The notes below the pieces were generated by a model. That model made no database searches and was not told the DNA's origin. It worked only from the letters and a program-made list of their open reading frames with translations. A stretch of 63,934 nucleotides of DNA, the filler included, from Conidiobolus incongruus B7586 (lineage: Eukaryota): assembly GCA_000697335.1 (NCBI GenBank). It is 13 parts of 13 records of this genome, joined end to end, with 100 filler letters (N's around TTAATTAATTAA, not from the genome) between each part and the next. Parts side by side here need not be neighbours in the genome. Positions count along the whole stretch, not along the records: positions 31,440 to 55,104 come from JNEM01007171.1; 12 more parts are not named here. One strand, written 5' to 3'. Below, piece by piece: positions 41,450 through 55,204 of the stretch. Each line of letters opens with the position of its first letter. Within the stretch, counting starts at the first letter, position 1. The translations under genes were made by a program, and so were the position numbers.

Positions 41450-43353
41450 CTATAGTTCATCGTCTTCACTATAGGTCTTGGACTCTGATTTGGATTTACT
41501 ATCAGCTTCAACCAAAGGTTTGCAAGCAGCAGGGGTGAGCATACTGATGTGATATTCACACTTAGAGGGTTCTGTAACTGAGGTAATCTTTTCTTCAGTG
41601 CCGCATGACAAGTATAACTAAACAAACAATTAATATATTTGAGAACATTTGAAAGGAAATATAATTACTTTGACAGATCTACTGGGACCGTTCCAACAGG
41701 GAGTTCCATTGCTATATAGTTGAGTAGAGTAGTCGGATCCAGTCCATTCGGAGAAGGTTCTAAACATTTCAAAATGAGCAAAATATAACTCAATATTTGT
41801 TGCAAATAAATATTACCCTAAGCTGACACTGTCGCCATTCTTGTTAGATTTTTGCTTAGCTTCACCAAACATGCAAACGGAATAGACATATTCACCGTTA
41901 TCCAATTCGAAGCACTTGTCGCTGAGGGCGGAGTACTCTCCTTCTGGACCCATATCTCTGTTGATTTTAGCGTTCAGATCATCCAACTCATTCTTAACTT
42001 GGGAGCGTTCACTGTCCAAGTTCCAGTAGTCAGATCGAGCGTTCGAGGCGTCTATAGGAAATTTGGATAAGAATACTCTTTCTAATAAACTGCGAACAGA
42101 TGCTATCTGTTCCATAATTATATTGTAAAAATATAAACCTTGTCTGATTTTGGTGGCATTTTCATCCGAGTTACCCGATGTAGTTGACTCATAGCTAGAG
42201 TCGGTTGTGAGTCTAGGGTCGGTGTAAATATCCACGGGTTTGTAGTTGTCTTTGAATTCGTCATAGGAGGTGATGGCTCCTTTAACTGCCATATCATGGT
42301 AGTTTTGATTGTGGTGTTCTTTAAGATCTTTTAACACATCTAACAAGTGGTCAATATCCTTCTTTTGTTCTTCAATGATATTTTCCAAAGTAGAGATTTT
42401 ATTTTCAAGTTTGATAATGCGATTGGATTGTCTGGTAGCTAATAATCATCATTAATCAAGTGATATATTATATTAATTAAATATAATAAATACCTTCATC
42501 CTGCTTATTCAATTCATCCTCCAATTTTTCCTTCTCTTCTTTAATAACTAAAACAATATAAATAATTTATATTTCTATTAATAAATAAACTAAAAACCTC
42601 TCAATTCTTCTAATTTCTTGTCCAAATTGTCGAATTTAGCTTGAACTTCTTTTAATTTTTGTTCAGTCTCTGCTTTCCAAGTCTTAAATTGAGCAATATA
42701 TTTTGATTTGACAGATAAACCCTAATAAATAAAGTTAATAAAAGAGTAATTATTTTGTTGAATATTATTTACCATATCGATAATCTTTTGTTTTTCCTTT
42801 AATTTTTTGGTTTCATTAAGGGCAACTTGTTCACAAACGTTAGGACATTCAATTTTGCCGTCATATTCGTCAGTTCCATCACAACATTCGGGATCTATTC
42901 GAAATTTAATAGCTGAATACATAATTCTTTTAAAATATAAGCTTACCACAAATACCGTCATTAACCCTTGAAGATAAAATTTTAGCGGGTTTGTAACCTT
43001 TATTTTGGCAATAGAAAGTGAAATCACAAGCTGACGTACCTAAAACTCCAATGTTAATATTCAGTCATACTATATATAATAATTGATATAAATACCTGGT
43101 TCATCAGAGCCGTCGGGACAGTCACAATAATCGTCATTAACATCTTTCAAATCAATAGTTTTAGAACCATCGAAACAAGTAAATTTATCTTGAAAATAAA
43201 CTTCATGCACTAAAACCTAAAATTAATAAATTTGATTCAATTAATTTTATTGAAATTACATTCTGGAGGAGCTCCATACAAGGGATACAGCTGAGTAGCA
43301 TTAGCTACAGACAGAGAAATAATAAAACTTAATAATAAATTATTGTTCTTCAT
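41450..43353 (-). CDS. GTB1: Glucosidase II beta subunit (PRKCSH-like), about 9 exons
   Basis: Signal-peptide-like N-terminus; [49 protein letters not shown]; coiled coil; MRH domain ([28 protein letters not shown]); ends SEDDEL*. Confidence 0.94.
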
Positions 43354-44351
43354 TTTTTATTATTACTATTAATGATGATTCAATGAATTAAAGAATAAAT
43401 ATAATTATTTAAAATCAAAATAATTTAATGATGATATACGTCATTCAACTATTGGTTAATTTATTAGGAATTGGTTTTGAATTAAAATTCTTTAATTTTT
43501 TTGTAATAATAATTTTTTAAAAAAATTATATTTGTAATTAAGTTCTTATTATTATAAAAAATTTAACATATATAATTATTCATTTAATAAAATATATAAA
43601 AATAGATATTATCAAATTTTAATATTGAAGGTACATTGCTAACTTGATCAACATTAAAAATTTGAAATAATTCAAATTCTTTTGATAGTTATAATTGTTG
43701 AGCATGTATAATGTATAATTTATGATATAGAAAATTTATTAGCATTATAAAATTATCTTCTTCCAATAATCTATTGATTTAGTATCATTCAAATATTATT
43801 TATAATAAATATTCATCAATTTTATGATCAATTTGTTAGATTGCTAATAGAATTACTATATCTTTAATTTTAATAAAATATGAATTATATAAAAAAATAG
43901 AATCACATCAATCAATTTAAAACAAAATGATTTTTATTTCAAATGTTAATATTATTTCATTATATCATTATATTTTTTTATTAAAGATCAAAATTCAATT
44001 TTGTTTTTAAACTCATTAAGTCTTGCAATTTTATGTATCAATATTGTTATCTTATTAACTTAAGAATTGATCTTTAAAAAAGTAATTTTACAATATATTT
44101 CAAGAGTTATTTTATATTAAATATGAATAAAAATTATTATAATCATTTTATAAGTTTTAAATAAATTTACAGATCATTACAAAAGAAAATTCCATTGATT
44201 TTTATTTGAATTAAATCTATTATTTTAATTGGATACTATTAATCAACAATTATTTTCTTATACACGCTATTGTTAAATATATAGTCGTTAATAGTATTGG
44301 ATATGTACAGTATTATTTATATTTTCAATAAATAATGGACTAAAACTAAAC

Positions 44352-45190
44352 TTAATTCTTCACAATTTCTTTGAATTTGTCGTAGGCAGCCAAAATACTG
44401 GCACCCTTGAAAAGGGACTTGAATCCTTCAGTTTTAATGATTTGTCGGAAACGTTCCATGGATGATGAATATTTGATAGGTTGACCAGATGTCCGCATCA
44501 TCCTACGACTGACAGTATTAATAGGATAGGTGATCACATAAGAGGGTAAGAAGGTGCGCAAATCTAATATGAATGTATTAAATGGATTGTTTTTAGGTCC
44601 ATCAGTCTCTAGTATGGGTTTGATAGAGTGGAGTAAACCTAAGCAAAATCCACTGTTGATGATAATACCAACGCAGGAGATACTAAAACCACGATAAAGA
44701 CCCACAATACTATCTAATGAAAGGGTCTTTTTGTAACATTGATTAATCCTTCGAATTCGCGTTGACCAATTTTTTGGGATGTTATGATATCATTAGCCAG
44801 GCGAGTACGAGCATAGTCCAAAGGATAGGTGATTATGAGGAAGAGTGCACCAGCAGCACCACTGCAAGCTAAATTACCACCCAACCATTTCCAGTAACCA
44901 TCCCTATCTTCATCGTATCCAAACATGGTTATGAAATTTTCATTCAAAATCATACCAAGCGCTTGGGTACGAGAGCCGTTAATAATACTAGTTGTATTAC
45001 CTCTCCACAAGGAAATCACTCCTTCTTGCTTCACAACACAGGAGAAACAGTCTCCAATACCCTTGAAAGAAGTGACAAGACGACCTTGCTTAATAAGCTC
45101 ATTTTGATTTTGGATCAGCAGCTTAATGCGTTCAATAGGAGCAATGACAGTCAAAGAGATGGCAGAAGAGATACCACCAATCATATACTC
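44352..45190 (-). pseudogene. ADP/ATP carrier (AAC/ANT)-like copy with a frameshift and an eroded signature
   Basis: APIERIKLLIQNQ, SLWRGN, DGYWKW.GNLA, YPLDYARTRLAND. A 1-bp loss near 44735 splits the two ORFs. RRRMMM has become SRRMMR and the last helix is shortened. First exon uncertain. Confidence 0.82.
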
Positions 45191-46381
45191 CTATACCTGA
45201 ATTAATAATATTTTATTTTATTTTACTTCATATCGAGAAATAAAAGCAGTCATAAAATTTACCAATTCGATCACTATATTAAAACTAGTGAATTTTATTA
45301 CCTCCAATAAATTAGGCTGATTATTATCATTCATTTTATTTTAAGATAAAAAATCTCAATATTATTTCCAAATCTCCTTTCCAAAAATTAGTATATATAA
45401 CATATGTGACTATTCTAAACTAACCATCAATATATATTTTTTATAGTTTATATCCACAAAATTTTCTAAATATCAATTATTAAATTTCAAAATAACTGTA
45501 ATATTTTCTCCTATTCAAATACTGTTATTTATCAATAAAATTGCAATTATATTTAATTGTTTTACTTGAACCAACTATAATTGCGTTTACTCATAATTTA
45601 TATCTTAAAATTTGTCTTGAAAATTAATATTCTCGTGAAAATGTTGGATTATTGACAAATAATTAAGTTGATTCAATTTTGTGTATATATTTGAAATATC
45701 ACAATAACTATATATTTTATTGAATAATGTCATAGTGAAATGAATATTATATTTTCAATTACAATTAATTATACCATATTTTAAATATAATATACTCACA
45801 ATTTTTTATTAATTTTGACTAAAACTAAGTAACAATTAGTGAACAAATATTTAATAAATGGAAGAGACAATCCATCTTGTTCGTTTAAAAGCTCATTGTA
45901 AGTTTAAAACTCGTTATGAAAACTTTATATTATAAACTATCGTTAATTTAAAATATAATTTTGACGAATAAGATAACGTAATGGATTGTTGTTTCTGTGC
46001 ATCAAATTTTTATTGATATATTGTTAATTATAATGATTCATTGATACTCTTAGAGTCATTTGAAAAACAATTCTACAATAGAAATCAATTTAATACAAAT
46101 ATCATTCATTTATATCTATATTCTCCATGATATATATTGCTAAATATCACTTGAAAAGAAATTTTTATTAAAATATTAAACACCCAAATTTAGTTGACTT
46201 TATTTAATTAAATTACTTAATTAGTAAAATATATTGATCAATTATTAATATTTTCATATTTTATAAAAAGAAATTCAATTATTTAATAATATACAATCAA
46301 TTTTATAAATATTGTACAACTGTAAAAAACAATATAATTTTAATCAACTACCCGAGTATTAAAGTTTCATGTTTTATTATA

Positions 46382-46567
46382 TTACCTTGAATTTGAAATA
46401 ATGGGAAATTTTTTAATTTCCGATTTTTCAAACATATTATTAGTTTGAAATGAATAAATATATACAAAGTTAAATTTATATTATATATTTATTTTTATAT
46501 ATCATATATTCAAATGTTTATTTATTTTTAATCGCAAAAAATTCCCATTATTAAAAATGCAGAGTAA
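46382..46567 (+). mobile_element. 186-bp MITE derived from the mariner family
   Basis: Left and right ends nearly identical to those of 428-976; TA on both sides (46380-46381, 46568-46569). Confidence 0.92.
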
Positions 46568-47099
46568 TAATTATTATGATAATAAAAGCAAGGCAAGTTC
46601 AAAAGAGTTATAAAATTACGATCTTATCACCAAGATAATTCTCAATATTTAAATTAGTGTAATGACGATACAAATTCAATTAAGCATTTTGTGAAAGTAA
46701 TTTTGTATCAATATAATTATACATATTAATCGTCAACGAAGATATAAGGATAATATATTTGATCTGTTGCCATTTTTCCATATACCATAATAATGTATAT
46801 ATTTTTTACAGTTATATGATGAAATGTTATTTTACCATAAAAAATCAAATTGATTATCAAAAATATAATTAATTTTATAATATAAAAAAATCCATAATGT
46901 TAACCAAAATATTGTATTAGTTCTAAATATAATTTATTAAAATACAGAACTGGTTCAAATGATTTTGATAATTTGAGTAAAATTTCTTGTAAAACCTAAT
47001 AAGAATTATAAATATCACAATGATCTAAAATCACTAATTTGGTGATCTATGTGGATATTGGATTATAAATCATATGAAGCTGAGATTAGGAATTGAAGA

Positions 47100-47885
47100 T
47101 TTGTTGAAATTTATGACTGACACCGACACCTTTAAAGAGGGACTAGAACCTTTAGTTTTAATGATATATTCGAAATATTAGAGGAAACATGAATATTTCA
47201 CTGGTTAATCAGAGATTATCATCATTTAATGAAAGATAATGTCAATAGGACATGACATAGTGCCAGCAGCAACCGCATTGCTTCAATCCAAGAAAAGCAT
47301 CGCAAAATGTTTTCTTTGAGGTAATTATTGGTTAATATTGGATTTATTGAGTCAAGTATACCAAAATGCAAACCATGGTACACGAGTATATCGCCACAGA
47401 AGATTTTGAAACCACGGTATAAACAAATAATGTTATTGGAAACGATTGTCTTTCAATAAATGTCGATCAATTATTTGAATTGGCATTCACCCCCGTTTTT
47501 AGTGATTCGGAAGTTGTTGGCTAAACGAGTAAGGGAATAATCCAATAGATATACAAAAAAGAGGAAACAGCCATATTGGCATCGCCAGCGGCCATATTGC
47601 TAGCAAGCCGCTTCCGGTAACCATCCTTATGCTTATCGTTATCAAGCATTGCCATGTACTTGTCCTTAAGTGTCATAACACTAACAGCATTACATCTCCA
47701 TAAGGCAACAATACCTTCTTCCTTAACAATATATGCGAAGCAATTTATCATGCCTTTGCAGTGAGCGGAGATAAGGCCTCGCTCGATAAACCAATTCTGA
47801 TTTTTAATAATCAGCTTAATACGTTCAAGGAGGACAGTAGCAGCGATGACTATATAGGATGAAATACCGCCAAAAATAAAATTCT
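47100..47885 (-). pseudogene. Second, more degraded ADP/ATP carrier pseudogene
   Basis: FIFGGISS...LERIKLIIKNQ, IVKEEGIVALWRCN, KDGYRK.LASNMAAG, LYRGFK, SLFKGVG; multiple frameshifts and stops. Confidence 0.85.
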
Positions 47886-48226
47886 ATATTTAACAAGTGT
47901 AATGTTAGACATGCTACTTTTGTACATGAATAGAAAAAAGTAATCATATTTATTAAACTATTAATACTATATTTAATACACAATTCTTTAATTAATATGT
48001 CATATTTTTTAAAAAATTAGATGAATAATTAATTATCGTTTTTTAATTTAAGAAAAGTGATTATGTTCAATATTAACTTCAAAAATCATGCAATTTATAA
48101 CATATAACAGATTTTTACCTTTTTCTTGAAGATTTTTTCTTAAACAAATATCATATATATTATCAAATTGAAGAATCTCGAGATTATTGAATTTTTGATA
48201 TATCGTTCCCTCGATTATGTTTATTT

Positions 48227-48230
<4 letters not shown>

Positions 48231-48270
<40 letters not shown>
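48231..48270. repeat. (TA)20 microsatellite
   Basis: Read directly. Shorter (TA)n runs occur at ~21731, 34499, 38113 and 53830. Confidence 0.95.
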
Positions 48271-48272
<2 letters not shown>

Positions 48273-51108
48273 CAAATTATTTGAATCAATTCATAATTCA
48301 CAACTCTAATAAATTATCTTGTAAAAATTGCGAATTATTTAATCTTTTAATTAGTTTTGTTTTATTTTTCAATCTAATTATTTTAATATAAATAGAATTT
48401 AAAAAAAATATTAATTTTTAATTTTTTTTTCTATTGATCATATATTCAAAATTATAAAATGATTTCATTCATAAAGCCAGGTTATTAACCTTAAACAATC
48501 GAACCTAGCATCTATTGCTAGAATGTATCATAAAATAATAGAAATACTTATATTACTATAGAATAATATTTGGACCAATTGTCTATATTTTTGTTTAATT
48601 TTGAATCACTATAAATTCATAGATTTTAGAATTAAGCTTTGATTATTAAATCAAATATGATTATCGGCTATGATACTTACAGTTGAGTGTAAGAACAAAA
48701 TTAATCAATAAAGTATATCATTTCTTTAAGAATGACCAAAAAGTTTAATGTCTTATATAGTACAAATTGATCAAAAAATTTTAAAATAGGTATCAATTAC
48801 AATTTATTGCTTCAATTTTTTCAATAGCAAATTTAGAATTATGATATTATTTTTTTAAATCACGTATGTTAACAAATATATTAGAAATAAAATAACAACT
48901 ATTATTATTATTATAGATAAATTAAGGACAAACTCAATTAATAGTTAATTATTATTGGTTAATATATCAATTATTTATTTCAATTATAGTAATTCTTTAC
49001 TAAAATAAGAGATTAAAAATACTTTTATTATTATCTATGTCATTTCTCCAGTTGATATTTGGTAAAATAATTTATATAAATTAAAATTTATTTATCATTT
49101 TATTTCAAATAATAAGTTTATGATAATAAATATTGAATAATATAAAAATTTTATATTGAGATTAAGTCATTAATGAATGAACCAATGAATCTATGGAAGT
49201 TCATTTTCAGTATAGTAAATCATTCTCTGAATAACTATTAATAGCCATTCAGTAGAATGGATCTTTGCAAATCCCTGACTTTAATAATCTTTGGTGCATT
49301 TACTATACATACAAATATTGAGAATATCATTTGCTTTGAATTATAATCAAAATTTACCAAATATCAATTTTGTATTGATTTATATAATAAAATCCCATTT
49401 TTCGAAGTTTGCTGCAGGTGTTTCAGGTAACTACATGTATAATAATCCGAAAGTTATTGATTAAAAATAAGATTTTCAAATTTCAAATACATTATGTACA
49501 AACATTTAGTGAACAGTATGTATATATTATTCTCAGTATGTTTGATAAATTTGATTTATATAAAATAATTGAATGTATTTATTCAAATTTGATTAATTTA
49601 TTGAAAATTTCATGTAAATTAATTTCCAATATAAATTGAAGATAAAAAAGATCTAACACCAATTTTTGAATAAATGGTAGCTAATTCATATATCAAAATA
49701 GAATTGAAATTATATCATATCAGTATAAAGTTTTACAAGCTTAAATATTATTTAAGTGATTTCAAAAAACTCACTTTATAAGCACTGTAAGAATATTCAC
49801 CTATTTCATATGGTATTTTGTTATTAGTCTAGGTTATTATTAAAACTATTATATTATCATTCCATGATGTAATATGCGTACTTTTAAACTACATTTTATA
49901 CTATAATTATTATTATGTTCAAAAGGAGATTGATTGTTTGAAAGGCTTTTGGAATGTGATACTACACTATTGTTAAGGTAAAAGTAGAATGATTAGATAG
50001 CTCGGATATAGCCATTTATCTCCATAAAAATTAAATCAATATTATGAGTTAAGTAGATTATTAGAGATAATGAAAAGTATTATTATAAAATATTCTATTT
50101 TTTATAATGATTCAAAAAATTTTAATTTACTTATTTTTCATTATTAAATTGGTAGTGACTGTCAAGTTGAATAAATGATCGCATGACCAATTCTAAATTA
50201 CTTTGATTTCTCGCATAAATCCTGAATTGAATTAAAAACAAAATAATTACAAAAATGTTCATAAATAAATAAACATATTATAAATTGTTTTTAGAAGTAT
50301 GATATAATTTAAATAATTATAAAATACTTATATTAATATTTTCCATTTTAGTATATATTTCAATTTAACCATTATTCAAGCATTTTTAAAAGTTAAAATA
50401 TTATAATTATAGAAAATTATTTTCAAAAATAAATTAATATTAATTTTTGGGATTTTTAAATTATTTGTTATATAGTCTAATTAAATTACAGAATAATATA
50501 ATTTAATTTAGAATAGCATAAAAAATAATGGAAAATAAATTTTAATTATAAAGTATATTGATTTAAGAATTTAAATAATAATTAAATATGCTTCATTTGA
50601 TAATTGATTAGAGAAAATAATTTATTAATAATTGTTATTGAATAATATTATGTATTAAGTGATTTTAATAATTTTTTACTTGATAAAAAAATAAGTGTGA
50701 AAGTATTATAGTGATTTATGAATTATATATAATGTGTTTAAGATCGTATTGCAGGATATTGATTAAATAATATATTTTAATAACTGGAATATTGGATAAT
50801 CAGTATAATTTTATATATATCACGATAAATTGGATCAGTTTCATACTAAAATTTTACATCTATTAAGTTTAATCATCAAAACCAATCAACAACCAATTAG
50901 TTTACCTTTTCCAATTATTGTACAAATCAAAATGGATAATTCTAATTGATAGTAATTACCAGATTAAATTAATTCAAAACTTGGATTACAGTTTGATTCA
51001 TTTTGAAACTTAGTCACATGTTTTCAATATACAATTAATCAGTTATTTGTTTTTTTGTTCTTAAACTTTTATTATTAATTATAATAAATAATAGGTAATA
51101 ATTAAGAA

Positions 51109-52205
51109 ATGTCTAGTAATACTCATCATTCAACTCAACAGATTGCAATTAATAAGTCATTATCATCAAATCCTAGCTTTTTTATAAAATATGCTCCGTT
51201 CTTGGCAGGTGGGACGGGTGCTTGCTGTGCCGTGACATTTTCCAACCCTTTCGAAGTAGTTAAAACTAGGTTACAGCTCCAGGGTGAGTTGGTCAAGTCT
51301 GAACAGTTGACAAATCGTCCATATCGTAATTTGCCTCAAGCTCTAAGACTGATTTTTCAACATGAGGGAATTCGTGGACTTCAGAGGGGACTTGGTGCAG
51401 CGTACGGATACCAGCTCATTATGAACGGTACGCGCTTCGGGTTTTACGACGTGTTTAAGAGTGGATTAATTAACGGTTTTGACGTTACTTCTACCACAGG
51501 AACTCTCGTGTCCAGTATTGGCGCTGGCGCAATGTCTGGCATGTTGGCAGCATTTTTGGGATCGCCCCTATTCATGGTGAAAACTCGATTACAAGCGTAC
51601 TCGCCCCACCTATCTGTTGGTACTCAGCACAAGTACTCGGGAGTGTTCGGTGGCTTGAAGTCAATCCACCAGGAGAATGGGATCAAGGGCTGGTTCAGAG
51701 GAAGTGTGCCAGCGATGATACGTACTGGTGTGGGATCAGCGGTCCAACTCACATCTTATGATTTCATTAAGAAGAACTTGATCACTAGTGGCCTCTTCCA
51801 AGATGGATTCTATGTCCACGCAACTTCCAGTTTATTATGTGGCGTTCTAGTGTGTACGGCGATGAATCCTTTTGATGTAGTTACTACTAGAATGTACAAT
51901 CAACCTGTCGACCCTGCCACCGGCAAGGGTAAACTGTACAGAAACATGTTTCACTGCTTCTCGAGCACTGTGAAGACTGAAGGTATTCGAGGTTTACTAA
52001 AAGGTTTTACTGCTCATTACTTTAGAATTGGGTATATTATCATTATTATTCATACTCTATAATGATTAATTAATTAATTCAATTTTAGACCCCATACTGT
52101 CCTAACCTTTATCTTTATGGTAACTCATAGCATTATATTTATTAATTAATATATTAAACAATTGGATTTTAGGAAAAAATTAAATCAATCATTGTCAAAA
52201 ACTAA
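51109..52205 (+). CDS. OAC1: Mitochondrial oxaloacetate/sulfate carrier (SLC25A34/35-like). Exons 51109-52031, 52089-52119, 52173-52205
   Basis: AVTFSNPFEVVKTRLQLQGEL, GLQRGLGAAYGYQLIMNG.RFG.Y, GSPLFMVKTRLQAYS, GSAVQL.SY, MNPFDVVTTRMYNQ; spliced end YFRIGPHTVLTFIFMEKIK. Confidence 0.93.
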
Positions 52206-52269
52206 ACAAAAAACAAGAATTTTATATAAGAATAAATATCCTCTATATCTTTACAATTAGCTAATCTCT

Positions 52270-53560
52270 AAAATGTTCAATAATTGATAGAATATAGTAT
52301 CCACTAAAATTTTATTCAAGGAATTCGACTCTTAAACAGAATATGGCTTTTAATATTATTGAGTGAAGGGTTATACTCTTGATATAAATCCTGGAGATAT
52401 TGTTTTAATTGGGATTTTAGTTCATTATAATCCTAGAATGATTCAAATTAATCATCTATATAAAGTATGTTAGAAATTGCCTTATAAACTAATTTCTTAT
52501 CCCCAGTAGCTAACTCTTGATCCATTCTCTCACGCTCTAACATGATTTAGTATTGTTTCAGACCAAATCATAATAATTGAATCTACTATTAATTTTATGG
52601 ATAATAATCAATATATTATATTAGTTCAAAAGGATTCATCATAATATAATAATTAATTTACAATAGATAAATTAATATGCTATCCATTGGAATGAGTAAA
52701 ATGTCTGAAGTTTTGGGATTGCAATAGTGATATAATGGTGAAATTCATGAGGCTTGAAGAAATAGGAATTTAAATACCAATTCTATCGATCAAGAGTAAT
52801 AAATAGAGTTAATATTGATAAAATTGGTGTACTTTTGAATTGGTTATCAAACAAGCTATAGGTTATACTGCAAATCCAATTCTTCTTGTGGCTATTGTAC
52901 GTTGATTCATTTAAATCTATTATTAAAATTAGTGTGAATAACAAATTATAATAAATAATGAATTTACATGGGGTTTAGCGGTCTAACCAATTCTATTAAG
53001 TATAACGGTAACCAAATCTTTACATTAGTTATCGATATAACGATTGTAAACCCTAGGCCTAGGGTAGTTGAATTTGATAACTTGAACATGTTTTAACCAA
53101 TCAGCCAACATTTCATTAGCCATCATGATCATCACGGGAGAGACGAAGAAATTTCATACCGAATCAAAGTTCTTTGAAATAAGTTCAATTAAGGAATTCA
53201 ATCAAAATTCACTAAAGTGGGTTAAAGCAGTCCATGATTCCTATAATTCTAGGGAGTTGCGAACCATAATAATGGATAGAAGGAAATTTGAAACCTTTCT
53301 ACCATATTTTGACAGTATTTTTGAAATTTTCTCTTTCCTAGCTTTTGAATACTGTACTCTTAATTTCCACGAATTGATTACTCAATAGGAGGCTGAATAG
53401 GGAGTGTTCATGAGTGTTGATAGCTACATTCAAACACATCATTTGTTAGAATAGAATGGTAGCAAGGATGAAAATATACAACACATAATAAAGTAATGAG
53501 TCAAAGCTTTCATACTGAAAAATAGGGAATGTTTCCTAAAGTCAATTGGACGAATAAATA
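52270..53560. pseudogene. Possible decayed gene fragments of unknown identity
   Basis: Coding-like GC with CpG retained and short open stretches (e.g. 53125-53388), but no recognisable motif or consistent frame. Confidence 0.25.
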
Positions 53561-53824
53561 ATCTTATATATCTTCACCGAATAAACATAATAAATTATAC
53601 AATATCTACATTATATAATTTCTTTAATCAAAATTATTAGATAAATTATAATATAATTAATTACTTCTGTCATATTCAATATCATATATAATTTGATAAC
53701 AAATAGAATAATAAATTATTGAAGCATAGATCTCTCAATAACTAATAAGTCGATATTATTAGTCAAAATCATAATATATCTACACCTTCAGTCAAATTTA
53801 ACTTAATTAAATTTATTAATAATT

Positions 53825-53862
<38 letters not shown>

Positions 53863-54956
53863 CATGACCTTAATATTTGTAACTTTTCTCTAATCAAATG
53901 ATAATTTCAGAAACAATATATATATATATCAATACATAATAAAAATTCTCTGAATAGATATAATTTTTTTTAAAAAAAAAAGAATAATATTTTAATATGA
54001 ATCATATAAAGTTATTAAAATTAAAGCGTATTTTGATTATTTAAAATAATTCAAAAGTAAATAATCTAAATGAATATTCAAAATAAGATTTTGTATGCGG
54101 AAATATCTAATCAATTTAGTTTAATAATATCTAATTATCAAAATCAAATTTTAATTAGGATCGCATATAAACTTATGACTCAGATTAATTATTAATATTA
54201 ATATATTTTTATTTTAAAGAATTAAAAATTAAAAATTTTAAGAAAATAATAATGAGAGAGATTTTAAAGAAATATAATAATTATATTTAGAAAAGTAATA
54301 ATATTTTTCAAATGTTGATTCGTCTTAAGCGATGTTCAAGCCAACATTGTTGGAAAATATATGATATATGGATTTAATATTATATAGCAGTTAAATTTAA
54401 ATACCTTAATAATGATCTATATTGAAAAATCTTCTTTATATGATTAAAAAATTTTGATCAATTAGAATATGTTATTATAGAATGAAATTGGTCAAATTTG
54501 GAAATTTAATAAATTTAGTACAATTATGGAAATTTAATAATTTTGTCTTATTTTATTAATGTCAATAATTTATTCGATTTGTTATGGAATTTACCTTGTT
54601 TTTATATTGACTTTACCGAATTGAGTTCGGAAGTTACGGGTCAACAAGGATTACCTCATTATGGAGCCAATACAACCCGATACATCACGGCAAATAAACA
54701 TTATCATAATATAGTTAGCCAAGTTTGAAATTTTGGTTTGTATTAGACAAGATATAGTTATACCTCCAAATTAAATATTATTTATCTATTGTTTGGAAGT
54801 ATTTTATATGTACATTATTCAATTCTATGATTTTAAAATGTATAAAATAACATAGTAATATTTTTGAAAATGATGTTAACTATTGAATGAAATTGATAAA
54901 TTTAAAGTTGATTTAATTATTACTATATTTTTTTGTATGTAATACTTCCTATGGTT

Positions 54957-54988
<32 letters not shown>

Positions 54989-55204
54989 AAACTTAATAAA
55001 TTCAAACAAAAATCATAATATAAATTTTAATATCGAATAGTTATAAATTAAATCATGTTCATGTAAATATTAAAATAGTATTAATAAACTAATAATATCA
55101 ATAANNNNNNNNNNNNNNNNNNNNNNNNNNNNNNNNNNNNNNNNNNNNTTAATTAATTAANNNNNNNNNNNNNNNNNNNNNNNNNNNNNNNNNNNNNNNN
55201 NNNN

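Noticed and set aside
41428..43027. Track ORFs 41428-41625, 41852-42070 and 42722-43027 as separate proteins
   Set aside because: Wrong-frame, antisense or intron-spanning pieces of the spliced GTB1 gene.
43436..43458. CCAAT plus TGACGT upstream of GTB1 as a UPR element; CCAAT boxes upstream of the OTU gene
   Set aside because: Short motifs with non-canonical spacing; not supportable without comparative or expression data.
48470..48530. AATCGAACC followed by a small CTAGCA/TGCTAG hairpin, tRNA-like
   Set aside because: No cloverleaf or A box can be built.
32934..54728. Small ORFs 32934, 36988, 44925, 44963, 49409 and 54543
   Set aside because: No motifs; AT-rich chance ORFs or antisense to the AAC pseudogene.
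54958..54987. (AAT)n(ATT)n palindrome
   Set aside because: Simple microsatellite juxtaposition, expected in very AT-rich DNA.
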